Assembly: GCA_052426225.1 (NCBI GenBank)
Contig: JBNJNM010000010.1
Coordinates: 496,001 to 560,000, forward strand
Length of the DNA stretch: 64,000 nucleotides
Origin: Zancudomyces culisetae HAW-14-8
Taxonomy: Eukaryota > Fungi > Kickxellomycota
Direction of reading: 5' to 3'
Within the stretch, counting starts at the first letter, position 1. The number at the start of each line of letters is the position of its first letter. Below the pieces are notes generated by a model. It was given only the letters and a program-made list of their open reading frames with translations, was not told the origin of the DNA and made no database searches. Positions 1 to 11,403 of the stretch are shown here, one piece after another. The translations under genes and the position numbers were made by a program.

Positions 1-2016
1 GATGATTTGGAAATCAAGAAGCTAATATATTTGTATTTGATTAACTACGCAAAAGTGCAACCAGAATTAGTAATCTTGGCAATAAACACATTTGTAAAGG
101 TAAGGAAAAAAAATAATAGAACAATAGAGTGGTACTGATAAAGGATTAGCATCGCCAACATGTGTGTGTGTTTATTAGAAATGGTTTTGGGTAATAGGAA
201 AATTAATAGAGAAACTTCTAAAGAAGGGGAACGTGTTGTGAATGGATATAATATATAGGATTCGGAGGATAAAAACCCATTATTGAGGGCACTGTCCATA
301 AGAACAATGGGATGTCTCCAGGTTCCAGAAATTTTGGATTACATAATAGATCCGCTGAAGAGATGCTTGAGAGATAAAGACGCGTATGTGAGGAAGACAG
401 CAGTGGTGTGTGTGGCAAAGATATACGAATTGAGTAGCGAGGCAGCAATTGAGTATGGCTTGGTATCTACGGTGAAGGGAATGGTAACTGATCCAAATGC
501 CATAGTAGTTGCTAATGTGATATCGAGCTTACGAGAGATGAATCTAAGCAGCAGAAAGAGATACGGAGAAAGTATATGGACACTGAATAAAGATTTGATG
601 GAGAAGCTGCTAAAAGTACTGAACGACACCACGGAATGGGGACAGGTCTCGATCCTGGAAGCGCTTGCAGAGTATGAGCCAGTAAATAGCAAGGAAGCGG
701 AGCGGGTGTGTGACGGTGTTTTACCAAGACTGCAACACGCAAATGGAAGTGTGGTTCTGACAGCTATTCGGGTGTTATTGCAGTACGAAAAACATGTCAA
801 CGATGAGGCAGCACTGGCCAAATACAGCAAAAAGATGGTTCCACCATTGGTATCCCTGATGAGTGCAGCACCAGAAATGCAGTATGTAGCACTCAGAAGT
901 ATTGGGTTGGTGATTCGACAACGACCAAAGCTGCTGAGGAACGAGCTTCGTGTGTTCTACTGCAAATACAACGATCCAGATTATATAAAGTTTGAAAAGA
1001 TGGAGTTGCTAGTAGCCCTTTGCGAGGAAAAGAACATCGAGATATTGTTGGCAGAATTGGGAGAGTATGCCCGAGAGGTAGATTCTGAAGTCAGCAAGCG
1101 GGCAATTATAGCCATAGAAAAAGTGGCACTGCAGCATCAAAGCGGCGCACTGAACTGTGCACAGCTGCTTATCGAGTTGTTGAATAACAAGGGCGCAGAA
1201 GGTAAACAGCATTGCTGTATCGCTTTAAGCAGCATTGCAAGAACGTATAATGATCTGGCTACGGGTATAATATCCCAGCAGGCAATTCCTACACTCATTG
1301 AGCAATACGAGGAGCTCAATAGTGATGCGGCTGCCAAGGCAAGTCTGATAGATATGGTGGGCGAGTATGAGCTTGATGAGAGCATGATGGCTTACGACTT
1401 TTTGGAGACACTCAGTGCTGAGTTTTTGACAGAAGAGGAAAAGGTGCAGCTAGCGATTGTTCACAGCACCGTCAAGTATTTCCTGAAAAACCCTTCACGA
1501 GCACAGGAGCTGTTGCTTAATATGCTTAAAATGGGTACTGAATCTAGCCAGAGTATGGACGTGCGTGATGTTTCCTACATGTACTGGCGAATGCTGAGCG
1601 AATCCAGCCCAGCCTTTGCAAAAAGAATTATTTTGGTTGATGGACGATCACCAGGTTCTACCCGCCCCACTCCAATTAATCCTTATGAATTGGAAGCCAG
1701 AATCAACATTCCTCCGCACTTGCTAGATACCTTTTTGAGGGAGTTGGGAAGTATCAGTTCGGTATTGCGTGTTGACAAGCAAAATAAACAATCTGCTTTG
1801 TTATTGTCTTCGCTTTCTCAACGAACTGCAGTCGGTGCAATAGCAAATACAAATGCGACCAACAGATATGTACTGTTTGGTGAGGACCACAGCCCTACTG
1901 GCGCTACATCTTCTTACAGAACTGCTGGTGTTGATTCTGATGGTATGATGTCACAATCAGCAAAAGAAAACGAGCCAGATGACCAAGATGAACCTGAATT
2001 GCTGATATCGTTTTAA
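1..2016 (+). CDS. APL2: AP-1 (AP-1/AP-2 family) adaptor complex beta subunit, 5' end outside the window; exons 1-99 and 259-2016
   Basis: Bases 1-99 read [40 protein letters not shown]...TAG intron (100-258) joins in frame to [19 protein letters not shown]...[21 protein letters not shown] and [13 protein letters not shown] are beta-adaptin trunk motifs. No ear domain follows. Confidence 0.92.
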
Positions 2017-2226
2017 ATAAATAAACAAATAAATCAAGCTTTTTATACTAGTTTTTCGTTTCACTTTTTTTTTTAAGAGAAAAAATACATTTATAAAAAA
2101 GATGACTTGAAACTATTACTAGCTACTATCAAAACAAAAACATTGGATACTAAATCAACCAAAATGTGCCAACGCTTTAACTGAAAAATAAAGTGAGGAG
2201 AGAGGAGGAAATCAGTGTAAGCCATA

Positions 2227-5200
2227 TCACAATAACAGTTCGTCTAACGTTTTGATCATGTTTTCGTTTAATTTGACAACATTGGATGAGAAGGAATTGT
2301 CATTTGTATTTGAATTGATACTGTTCCTATTACTAGTATTGTGATTGTGATTAGTATTGGTACTGGAAGTGGAAGTGGAGTTGAGATTAGCTTTTCTCAA
2401 CAAATCATTAGTAACACTAATGTCACTGAAATCCATTGTTAGAGCCATCGGTGGGTTTCCCAGATAATCCGGAATTCCGCTTTTACCATTTTCGTTTCCA
2501 ATGGTGTTGCTGCTACTAATATCCCGAACCATTGCCAAAAACGCCTTCATAACATATACACTGTCGTTTCCTGCATTGTGAGGATAATATAGCGAAGGCT
2601 TGTCTTTACTCTCATTGCTGCTGCCATTATTACCATTACTATTACCATTACCATCGCCATTTATCAGATTATAGTGATGTAGTATATTAATCAAGCTGGA
2701 TTTTTGTGATATCGATCTTGCTACAGCCATAAACAATACGCTTGTATCTACAATACCCCTGATATTCCTGTTAAAATTATGGTTTTCCTTATTGTTGTAT
2801 TCACCATTCATACCACCATTCATGTTGACATCAAGATCTATTCCATGTTGTTTGAGGATCTGTAAATCTGAACGAAGATCATGACCCAGAATCACTACAA
2901 GTGGACGTGTGTTACCACTCCCACTGCTGCTGCTGCTGTCATTTTCATTGTTTTTTTCATCGCAACCGTTTCCAATACTACTTAAATCACTTGCCAGCCT
3001 TCTTAGTGCTGTCCGTAGTGGTGCTACCACGCTTTTTCCATACATGAATTTGTCCCGATAATCTCCAACATATTTTGAGTTATGCAACTGATAATGCTCG
3101 GCTATGATGTAATGTCTAGCTAAAAACGCACCCTTTTCATCATCACCACCACCATCTTCTTCATACACATCTTCGCTACCATCACCAGCTCCTTTAGTTT
3201 TATCGTACATTGCCCACCCAATTTCTAACAAATAATTTTGATTTCTTTCCCACATTTCACAATCTATTGAAACCAGACATACATTTTGGGGCTGATTTTT
3301 ACTTTTGTTCTCATTCCCTCCAACCAACTGTGCGAGTTTGTGCCATTGCCCTATAATTTGCCGTAATATTGAGTTTTCTCGCTCCTGTCTGCCCAACTTC
3401 TTGTTTGTCTTTTTCACCTTGTCGTTCATTATTTCAACCACTCGCCTGATATTACCAAACGCACTTGTATTACCACTCGAGTTGTTGTCTGTTATCACTT
3501 TTGACGCCTTTTCAACAGCTAAACCTTTAACATCATATAACTCCACCTGTTCAAGAATATCCGGTTGAACGCTTGGTAGTTTGACCTGGTACTCACTTTC
3601 AAGCTGTTGTTGAACCAATGCGATAGATTCTAACCTAGCTACAATCCCCGCTTTTTTGGTTGTTCTCTCCACACCTATCCCAAATTCGCCTTTTCTCTCT
3701 TGGTGATCATCTTGAGCCTGAGCTAGAATACTTTTAAATATTTCATATTGGTAAAACAACCGCGTTAGTGTTGCTCTAAACGGATACTCTTTTCCCTCCG
3801 CTGTAGACATCCAACTCTTCTCTACCTCTTTCACAAAGCACCAATTCTGCAACATCTCCTGCTCTTTAATCACTCGTCTTGTTTTTACAGGCACACTCTT
3901 TTGCTCCTCTTTATCTTCACCGATTTCTATTACCTCTACACCTGATGTGGTTGTAACATCCTTATTTACACTCAGCGATTTTCTCTTATCCCCTTTCTCT
4001 CGCTCTGCTTGCAGTAATGCTGCTGCTGCCTTTGATTCCACAGAATTCTTATCCTGTGACGCTAACCCTGCTGCCAATATTCGATCCCTCTTGGTTGCAT
4101 ACGGCCCTACTACCACTGGAACAGGTCTCTCTATTTTCGCTGCATCATCAGTTCGCATGTTTGGCCACTCATTTCCTGACTCCCACCAGTGTGCACTTCC
4201 CTCCATTTCCTTTTCACCATCCATTCCACTTGTGTTGCCTTCCCAATCATCAGAAACTAGCTGTTGCCACGCCAAAGCATCCTTTTCTCGTTGAATATCT
4301 TCTGTATCATCTGTCAAGTCAATTATCTTGCCTTGTTCCGACTGCACTGCCAACTCCACTCTCATCTCCATCAAACTTGCGCTTTTGTTTTGTTCCGATC
4401 CGTTCATACCAGATGTTATCTTATCAAGTGACTCCTTCAATTTTTCCGAAACTTTGGCCAATCCTATTGACTCCTTCAATATTCTTGACTCTAGCGTAAT
4501 CTCATCTATAGCTGTTTGGTTCTCTTGTATACTATCGCCTTGTGTGTAGCTGGTGCTATCAAAAATTCTGTTCTTATCTTCACAAAACATGCTATCATTA
4601 CTAGACTTATTGATGTCATCCTTGTTCTCCTCACTCCCCTCAACCTTTGTCGAATACTTATACTTTCCTATTATTCCCGAATAGTCGGTTTTTTTAATGA
4701 CCTCCTCCATACTTTTTCTAGAAAAATCTCTTGATTCATCAAGCCTGTTGTCGCCCCAGTCGCCATAAATATCGTCACCATACTCGTTGTTATAATCACC
4801 AGTATCGCTATGGTTATTAGAATGTGAATCAACGTCGCTCCTTTTCGTATTTACATGCTTTATTATCGATGATACCTTTCTATGTGCCTTACTAGTACGC
4901 CCAAACGGTCGATTGAAAATAGTTACCGGTTTTTGCTGAGTAATTATGTTTTTCATTTCAAGACTCTCTTGCGCTTGATCCTTCTCTTGGTATATGCTTT
5001 GTTCGTGATCAGAACTATTGCTACTTTCGTATCCAGTCATTCTATTTCTTTTTTTGTGTAACCCTATCTTTATGCCGTTAGAAAGACTTTGTTTGCCACT
5101 TTTTTCACGACCTAATCCACGTTTACCTCCTCGTATACCACCGTTAATATCACTGTCTAAATTAAATTCGCCACCACTATTTATATCGCTGTTGCCGACA

Positions 5201-5376
5201 CTAATATGTGTGTTATTACCACTATAATTACCACCCTCTTCTTCGCTATCTAGTATCGATATTTTTCGTTTATTTGTGCTTCGCACCACGTCCGTTGAAG
5301 GTGTACTCTTTTCTATGAAAACAAAATGTTGTGCTGGTCCTATTACTGATGTTCTATATTCATACCCTTTGTTCAT
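2227..5376 (-). CDS. Gfd2/YDR514C/QIP-like DEDDh 3'-5' exonuclease with a long low-complexity N-terminus
   Basis: The C-terminal third has LVSIDCEMWE..LLEIGW (ExoI), RHYII.E...LHNSKYV...RDKFMYGKS, ILGHDLRSDL (ExoII), IVDT and HNAGNDS (ExoIII). The first ~700 aa are acidic and Asn/Ser-rich. Confidence 0.8.
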   Translation of the reverse strand: MNKGYEYRTSVIGPAQHFVFIEKSTPSTDVVRSTNKRKISILDSEEEGGNYSGNNTHISVGNSDINSGGEFNLDSDINGGIRGGKRGLGREKSGKQSLSNGIKIGLHKKRNRMTGYESSNSSDHEQSIYQEKDQAQESLEMKNIITQQKPVTIFNRPFGRTSKAHRKVSSIIKHVNTKRSDVDSHSNNHSDTGDYNNEYGDDIYGDWGDNRLDESRDFSRKSMEEVIKKTDYSGIIGKYKYSTKVEGSEENKDDINKSSNDSMFCEDKNRIFDSTSYTQGDSIQENQTAIDEITLESRILKESIGLAKVSEKLKESLDKITSGMNGSEQNKSASLMEMRVELAVQSEQGKIIDLTDDTEDIQREKDALAWQQLVSDDWEGNTSGMDGEKEMEGSAHWWESGNEWPNMRTDDAAKIERPVPVVVGPYATKRDRILAAGLASQDKNSVESKAAAALLQAEREKGDKRKSLSVNKDVTTTSGVEVIEIGEDKEEQKSVPVKTRRVIKEQEMLQNWCFVKEVEKSWMSTAEGKEYPFRATLTRLFYQYEIFKSILAQAQDDHQERKGEFGIGVERTTKKAGIVARLESIALVQQQLESEYQVKLPSVQPDILEQVELYDVKGLAVEKASKVITDNNSSGNTSAFGNIRRVVEIMNDKVKKTNKKLGRQERENSILRQIIGQWHKLAQLVGGNENKSKNQPQNVCLVSIDCEMWERNQNYLLEIGWAMYDKTKGAGDGSEDVYEEDGGGDDEKGAFLARHYIIAEHYQLHNSKYVGDYRDKFMYGKSVVAPLRTALRRLASDLSSIGNGCDEKNNENDSSSSSGSGNTRPLVVILGHDLRSDLQILKQHGIDLDVNMNGGMNGEYNNKENHNFNRNIRGIVDTSVLFMAVARSISQKSSLINILHHYNLINGDGNGNSNGNNGSSNESKDKPSLYYPHNAGNDSVYVMKAFLAMVRDISSSNTIGNENGKSGIPDYLGNPPMALTMDFSDISVTNDLLRKANLNSTSTSSTNTNHNHNTSNRNSINSNTNDNSFSSNVVKLNENMIKTLDELLL

Positions 5377-6095
5377 ATTTGTGCTATTTCACTATCCACA
5401 TTAAAGAAAATAATAAAGGTAAAAAACAAAAAACAAAACAGTATGAATGGACAGGCCCGAGGAAATATATACTATTACACTACTGCCTTTCGTTTCGCTT
5501 TTCTCTGTTCCCCGCGATTTTAGTATAGTCCGAAAGCTTTAAAAGCTTTAAAAGCTGAGTATCTTTTCAGGTTGTGGTGTTAAATTGCAATTTAACTTTC
5601 TGCAAAGTTACGTTATGTACTAGCACTATAACTAAAACCTCTTTGATTTCTTTTCCTCAACTTAATTCGTGGTTTATCTGTTTCCACACCTTTAAGGGAA
5701 AAAATTTTCCACTAATAAAAAAATGAACCTGGGCTTTATTATTTTTCAAACACATCGATTTATTTCGTGTTTGATGTTGTCCTTTAGCATTTCGTTAGTT
5801 ACACACAGAATCCACCAATCACACCTCCCCAGAGTTGTAGTATTTTTAGTAAACCACGTTCTCACCATCTCCCTCCGCTTATTTTTTTATTCTCTCAATT
5901 TTATTCTGCCTGGTATTCTGGTGTGTTTGGATAAACCATTGGAATTGAGCTTTATTAGAAATAATATTCATTTTCAAGAAAAACCAAGATCAATACCAAA
6001 AAGCACGGATGAGCAATAAGTGCAATGGCAAATAAAAAAATACGAAACTAAGAAAAGAGAAAGGTACATTAAAAAAAAACCCCAATCATGGCAAC

Positions 6096-8168
6096 TCAGC
6101 TTTGTGCATACATTTCTTCAATCTGTTTCTTATAATACTTTTGGGCAAAGGCTCTTTTAATCTTCATTGTTGGTGTGAGTATACCGTTAGTTGCGAAATC
6201 AAACGGCGTAGCTTCGATATGTATCCGTTCAACAATTTCATACCCATGCAACTTTGCTTCTCTAGAGGTCTTTATGATTTCTTGGTGTATTGCCTTGATT
6301 ACCTTGTCGTTATTTACCAACTGCTCCAACGAAATTTTTTGTTGTTCATCCATGCTATTCTTTAATATTGATGTTGCAAATGGAATAAATGTTTCTGGGT
6401 CTGGAACTACCACCGCTACCAAGTGACTTTTGTATGAATCGCCATACACAAATGCCTGCATGATATATTGGTTTGTGCAAATCACATTCTCGACTTTCTC
6501 TGGTGCTACATATTTACCCTGAGATAGCTTTAGTATATTCTTGAGCCGATCAATTATTGAGATGCTTCCATCTGCATTGAATTGAGCAATGTCCCCTGTT
6601 GCTAACCAGCCATCACCAACCAGTGTCTCATCGGTCTTCTCCTTATCTTTTAAGTACCCACTAAACACGAGCGGTGATCTAACATGCAACTCACCTCGTG
6701 GGTATGGTTTATCAGTGCTTAGATAATCCATACTCGGAACATCAACAAGTTTTACTTCAGTCGTTAGAAGTGGTGCACCAACGTTTCCTGTCGTTGGATC
6801 GTCGATTTTCTGCAATGAAATTAGCGAACTGGTTTCTGTCATTCCTGTTCCATTCGCTATAGGTGATATTAGTGCTACTCTCAGGACCTCGAGGACGTTT
6901 GGCATAATTGGTGCTCCACCAGATAGTATTACTTCAACTCTTTTACTAAGTATTGCTTTTGTTTTGTTGAATAGTATCCTATCCCATAAGGCATGTTGGT
7001 ACCCACCACCACTTCTTAAAAGTGCGATTTTATCACTAAATGCTTTTCTAGAAATCATACCCTTAAGTCCTGGTGCATTAATGGTAGCTGCGATGATTTT
7101 ATCGTATATTCTGTTCAAAACCCGGGGAACAGAGCATATAACGGTAGGTTGTAGTGCTTGGCAATCAATTATCAGTCTTGACACATCCCCAGTAAAGTAT
7201 CCTATTGTTCCCTGTACCATTGTTGCCGCGTTTTCTGCTTGCCTTCCAAATGCATGTGCCAGCGGCAAGTAGGAGAAATAGACAAATGGGTTTGGTCTCC
7301 TGTCAACTTGGTGAAAGGCCTTGGCTACAGCAGTATACTGCTCGTGAGTAGAAAGCGCACCCTTGGGTGTTCCAGTGGTTCCTGATGTGTAGCATATTGT
7401 GTACAAGTCACTTGGCTTTGGTGGAAAGTGTGGAATAGGATTGTTTTCACCTATTTTTTCCAGCTCGCCAAGGTCATATAGTTCGATATTTTTTTCTTGT
7501 GCCCATTTTTTTAAAATTGAGGCTGGGCTAATACCAGTAGCAGGCAGTGAATGTGAGGATGAAGCAAGCTCTTTTTTTTTGTGATCGAGTTGATCTAGCG
7601 GGTCTAATGATACTATGGCTCTTATGTTTGGTATCTTATCCGCGGCCCTTAGCAGGTTCGCAACTTTATCTAGGCTGCAGAATATCATTGGTGTTTCACT
7701 GTGATTGATAATGTACTCCATTTCGGATGGAGCACATGTGTCAAACAGTGATACAGTACACAAGCCCTGAGATAGAACAGCATACTCAGTCATTTTCCAT
7801 TCTGGTCGGTTGATTGCATAAATACAGACAGGCCAGTCTCTCTTGAGATTTGTTTCTGCTGGATGTGTTTTTTTATACAGCCATATTATACCACTTCCAA
7901 TATTTGAAATTCTTGTAGCAGTCTCTTTGTAGGTATAAAACTTGTATTCACCGTATGAATTCGACTCTACATCAAAGGGTCTATATCCTAAGTAGGGTGT
8001 ATCAGGCGCAAGTTTAACAGAGTTCCAAAACATGTCATAAACAGTTTTGACTTCAGGATAGTACTCAACATCGGGCGGGTTTCGGTCCTGAACACACCGG
8101 ATCACATATGATTCGCCTTCAACTTTGGGGCCTGGAACAATATACGATTTTTGATTCACGTGTGTCAT
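6096..8168 (-). CDS. Long-chain fatty acid-CoA ligase (ACSL/Faa family)
   Basis: AMP-binding motif ICYTSGTTGTPKG, plus SYLPLAH, GMTET, GWLATGDI, IIDRLKNILKLSQGKYVAPEKVE and LTPTMKIKR; intronless 690-aa ORF. Confidence 0.96.
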   Translation of the reverse strand: MTHVNQKSYIVPGPKVEGESYVIRCVQDRNPPDVEYYPEVKTVYDMFWNSVKLAPDTPYLGYRPFDVESNSYGEYKFYTYKETATRISNIGSGIIWLYKKTHPAETNLKRDWPVCIYAINRPEWKMTEYAVLSQGLCTVSLFDTCAPSEMEYIINHSETPMIFCSLDKVANLLRAADKIPNIRAIVSLDPLDQLDHKKKELASSSHSLPATGISPASILKKWAQEKNIELYDLGELEKIGENNPIPHFPPKPSDLYTICYTSGTTGTPKGALSTHEQYTAVAKAFHQVDRRPNPFVYFSYLPLAHAFGRQAENAATMVQGTIGYFTGDVSRLIIDCQALQPTVICSVPRVLNRIYDKIIAATINAPGLKGMISRKAFSDKIALLRSGGGYQHALWDRILFNKTKAILSKRVEVILSGGAPIMPNVLEVLRVALISPIANGTGMTETSSLISLQKIDDPTTGNVGAPLLTTEVKLVDVPSMDYLSTDKPYPRGELHVRSPLVFSGYLKDKEKTDETLVGDGWLATGDIAQFNADGSISIIDRLKNILKLSQGKYVAPEKVENVICTNQYIMQAFVYGDSYKSHLVAVVVPDPETFIPFATSILKNSMDEQQKISLEQLVNNDKVIKAIHQEIIKTSREAKLHGYEIVERIHIEATPFDFATNGILTPTMKIKRAFAQKYYKKQIEEMYAQS

Positions 8169-9324
8169 TATCGTGAAGCGTTTATACTAGCTCTTTTTGT
8201 TTTTTCGTTTTTTCGTTTTTTTTTTTTTGTGATAGTGATATTTGTGGCGATCTTAACGTTGAGCTGGTGTACTATTCCTTCGACTGTTTTTTCTCCTTTT
8301 TATATATGGAGTAAAATGTATTAGAGCCTGAAGGTAGTAAATGAAATATTAATTTGTATCCAAGCTAGAGTATTATTGCTGGTTTGAAAAAGCAGGAAAT
8401 ATGATGGAGTTAGCAATCACTCAACTAATCTTTATATTCAACAGAAAATTAAAAAAATTTAAAAACTCGCTAAACCAAAAACATCAAACCTGAAACACGC
8501 CAAAAACAATACAAGACAATTCTAACTGTCCTGGTAAAACCTGTATTTAACTGAATGCAGAAGTAGGGGTAGCCACTCTGCATGTTCTTCCGAAAATAGC
8601 AAGATGTTTCTAAAGAAAACTGGTTATACAAATAGTTGCATATTTTAAGTCCTAACCAATTTTGGAAACACGGAAAATGGATACTGGACTTGAAACAATA
8701 CAGCACTGATCGCTCTTCCCATGTGATATGCTCAAAAAATAAGAAAACGGTACGTCTAATTAACAATACAAGTGTTGTGGAGAGACGTTTTTGTCAAAAA
8801 TGTGTTAGTTTGCTCACTAGAACCATACAGTACCAACTCCGATGTAGGTTATGGAGTTTATCCCATACTAGGTACACTTTAAAAGCGTATATACTTCAAC
8901 AGGTCTAAAAGTAAGACTGGGAGGATAACTAAAACATACCAACCCTGTAATAGACTCAAATCACTTATAGTAGTGAGGTTAGTGTAGTCATCGCTTAATT
9001 AAGAGCTTTCACCAATAGCGATTGACTTTCTTGCTTATCATAAATTATCACGTTTTTGGTCAGGGTATCCTGTACCAAATTGAGAGAACGCTATAAACTC
9101 TAACTGTAACCAAATCAAAAAAAAAAGAAGTGAAACTAGGATCAAGTATGATATGTTAGCTCCTCTTAATGTTGGTCGTTGTTTAATGTCTACTTCAATA
9201 TATTATGCTAGTTCAATAGCATATAGTACGTGAAATGATATAGTATAGCGACAAAAGAAAAAAAGGTCTAATAAGAAATATCTCGTTCTTTCAAAAACGC
9301 CGATAGCCCACATCAAGCATACTT

Positions 9325-9630
9325 TTATTTAGAGTTATAAAGCTCACTAAATTCTCCATTAGATATTTTTTGAAGCAACGAGTCGCAACCACCTATGTGG
9401 GTAGAGTTGACAAAAATATTTGGAACCGTTTTCTGCTTTGTTAGGTTAAACAATTCCTCCTGGATTTTTTCCCCGTCCGATTCTAGATCCAATTCCATAG
9501 TCTTAAAGTTTACGTTCAACTTTGATATCTCTGACTTTGCTCGAGCGCAATATGGACAATAAGACTTGGAAAACACCATGATCTTGTTGGTATTAACAAG
9601 CGACTTTACTAATTTAGAAATTTGTGACAT
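9325..9630 (-). CDS. Dithiol glutaredoxin (CPYC); may have an upstream exon reaching 9827
   Basis: VFSKSYCPYC active site, QKTVPNIFV and HIGGCD motifs; ATG at 9630. Confidence 0.93.
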   Translation of the reverse strand: MSQISKLVKSLVNTNKIMVFSKSYCPYCARAKSEISKLNVNFKTMELDLESDGEKIQEELFNLTKQKTVPNIFVNSTHIGGCDSLLQKISNGEFSELYNSK

Positions 9631-10074
9631 TTCCGGTTCTTTTATCACTTCGGGCGTTTGATGTAATATTTCAAGCTTCCTTTCCTTAGGGTAGAATCTA
9701 CTTGATTGTTAGAGTATAGTAAATGTAATAAAGGAGCAAACAGTTGCCACAAAAAAAAAGTCAAAAGGAATGAAAAAATGCGATGATTAAGATTTGAGAA
9801 AGTGCAAGAGAGGGCAAAGTATTTCATTTTAATGGTTTGATGACTAATTCCACGATGAAAATTATAATTTTATTTCTGCTTGGTTATAACTGGCCGTCAA
9901 GAATCAAAGCTTAGTTGGAGTAATGAATTCATTAAACAACGCAAAAAAAAAGAGACTAAGGTCATCGCAAAAATAATCTATAGTTAAAAAGTTTAACGGA
10001 TGCCAAATGCCGAGTAATAGAGAGCTGGACGTCGACATGCTGTTTTAGATAAAAGTACATTAGAAATAAAAAAG

Positions 10075-11331
10075 ATGTTTAAGAAAAGGTCAAAGGCAAG
10101 AAATATCAGGCAGCCGCTGAGTATTCATTCTCACGAAGAAGGTAATACTATTTTGTATGCATTAAAAGAGGATATAAAAAAAAAAGGTTTGGTGAGATAT
10201 TAAAATTTTATTCGATAAAATTCAATAGATGAGATAAACATTGTTAGGCGGGAGGCACTCACCGGAAAAAAACCCGGAGACGCGACCAATGAATTTGAAA
10301 AAGTAAACACTCCAAAATCGACAACCGAAGCAAATCAGGAAGAGGAAGACCAGATAGAAAACGCCATTAGCGACATACAGCTGGAAGAACCTGATCAGAG
10401 AAACGATGGAGAGTCGGAGCCCGTTTTGTACAAAACAATAGATACCAAATCCTCTGAGATTACAGGAATTTTGAGTGTAGAGGAGATTGAACGAATCAAG
10501 AAGAAACGCGCAGAATTGGGGCGTATCAACCAGGAACACGACGAATATTTAGACTACATACCGTTGAATGATGAAACCGCTGATAAAACGAAAGAAGGAG
10601 CTTCGGGGGTTAACGCAAGGATATACGATGTTGATTACAATAATGATGACATGGAGGTAGAGTACAACAGTGATCTTGAAGATGGTACAATTGAAACCTC
10701 GAGTATAAAAAGGCAAAAAATACCAGTAAATGACCTTGGTGAAAGAGGTGTAGGGGAGGGGCTCAAAAAATTACAAAAGGGAGATGTAAGGGCAGATATA
10801 TCAATTGTAGAACAAATCAATAGCGAAGATGATATTATGAGTGAATGGGAATATTCGAGGATTATGGGGTCGGGAATTAATATTGATACAAACTATTTCG
10901 CATCTAAAGTGCCAAAAATTCAACCAACCCACAAGCCAAAAATACAAAAGAGCGAGGTTGTTAATATCTTTGAGGCCACTGCGCAATCAAGCGATAAAGA
11001 CGAGGATATGGCTGAAGATGACAACATCAATGGTTACGGCTATGGTGGTAGTGGTAGTGGTAGTGGCGATGCAAATGCTAGTCTAGGCAAACTTGCAGAA
11101 TTAGGTGATCCTGAGGAAATATCCAAACTTATTGATGACTCGCTGGCCACACAAGAATCAAAAATTCAAAATTACACAGAGGAACTTGAAATTGTTAATA
11201 ATGAAATAGATGAAATCGACTACAACATAGAAAGCGTTGAGAAAGATATAGAAAAGGCAAGGGAGTATCTAGAGTATTTTGAAAACCTACAAGCACAAAT
11301 ACAACAGGATGATCTAATTGAAAATTATTAA
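10075..11331 (+). CDS. Ntr2/PAXBP1/GCFC2-like spliceosome-associated protein; exons 10075-10141 and 10229-11331
   Basis: Exon 1 MFKKRSKARNIRQ... splices in frame (GTAATA...CAATAG) to the 10426 ORF. ILSVEEIERIKKKRAEL...DYIPL, EWEYSRI and a C-terminal coiled coil resemble the Ntr2/GCFC N-terminal region. Confidence 0.68.
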
Positions 11332-11403
11332 TGGATCAGCACGAGTGCGGTAAAGTACATAATAACAATTTTTCTGTTGTAAACTAATGAACGTAACCTC
11401 GAT

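Noticed and set aside
5533-5556. aaagctttaaaagctttaaaagct palindromic tandem upstream of the exonuclease gene
   Set aside because: A 9-bp unit repeated under three times in AT-rich DNA, with no evidence of function.
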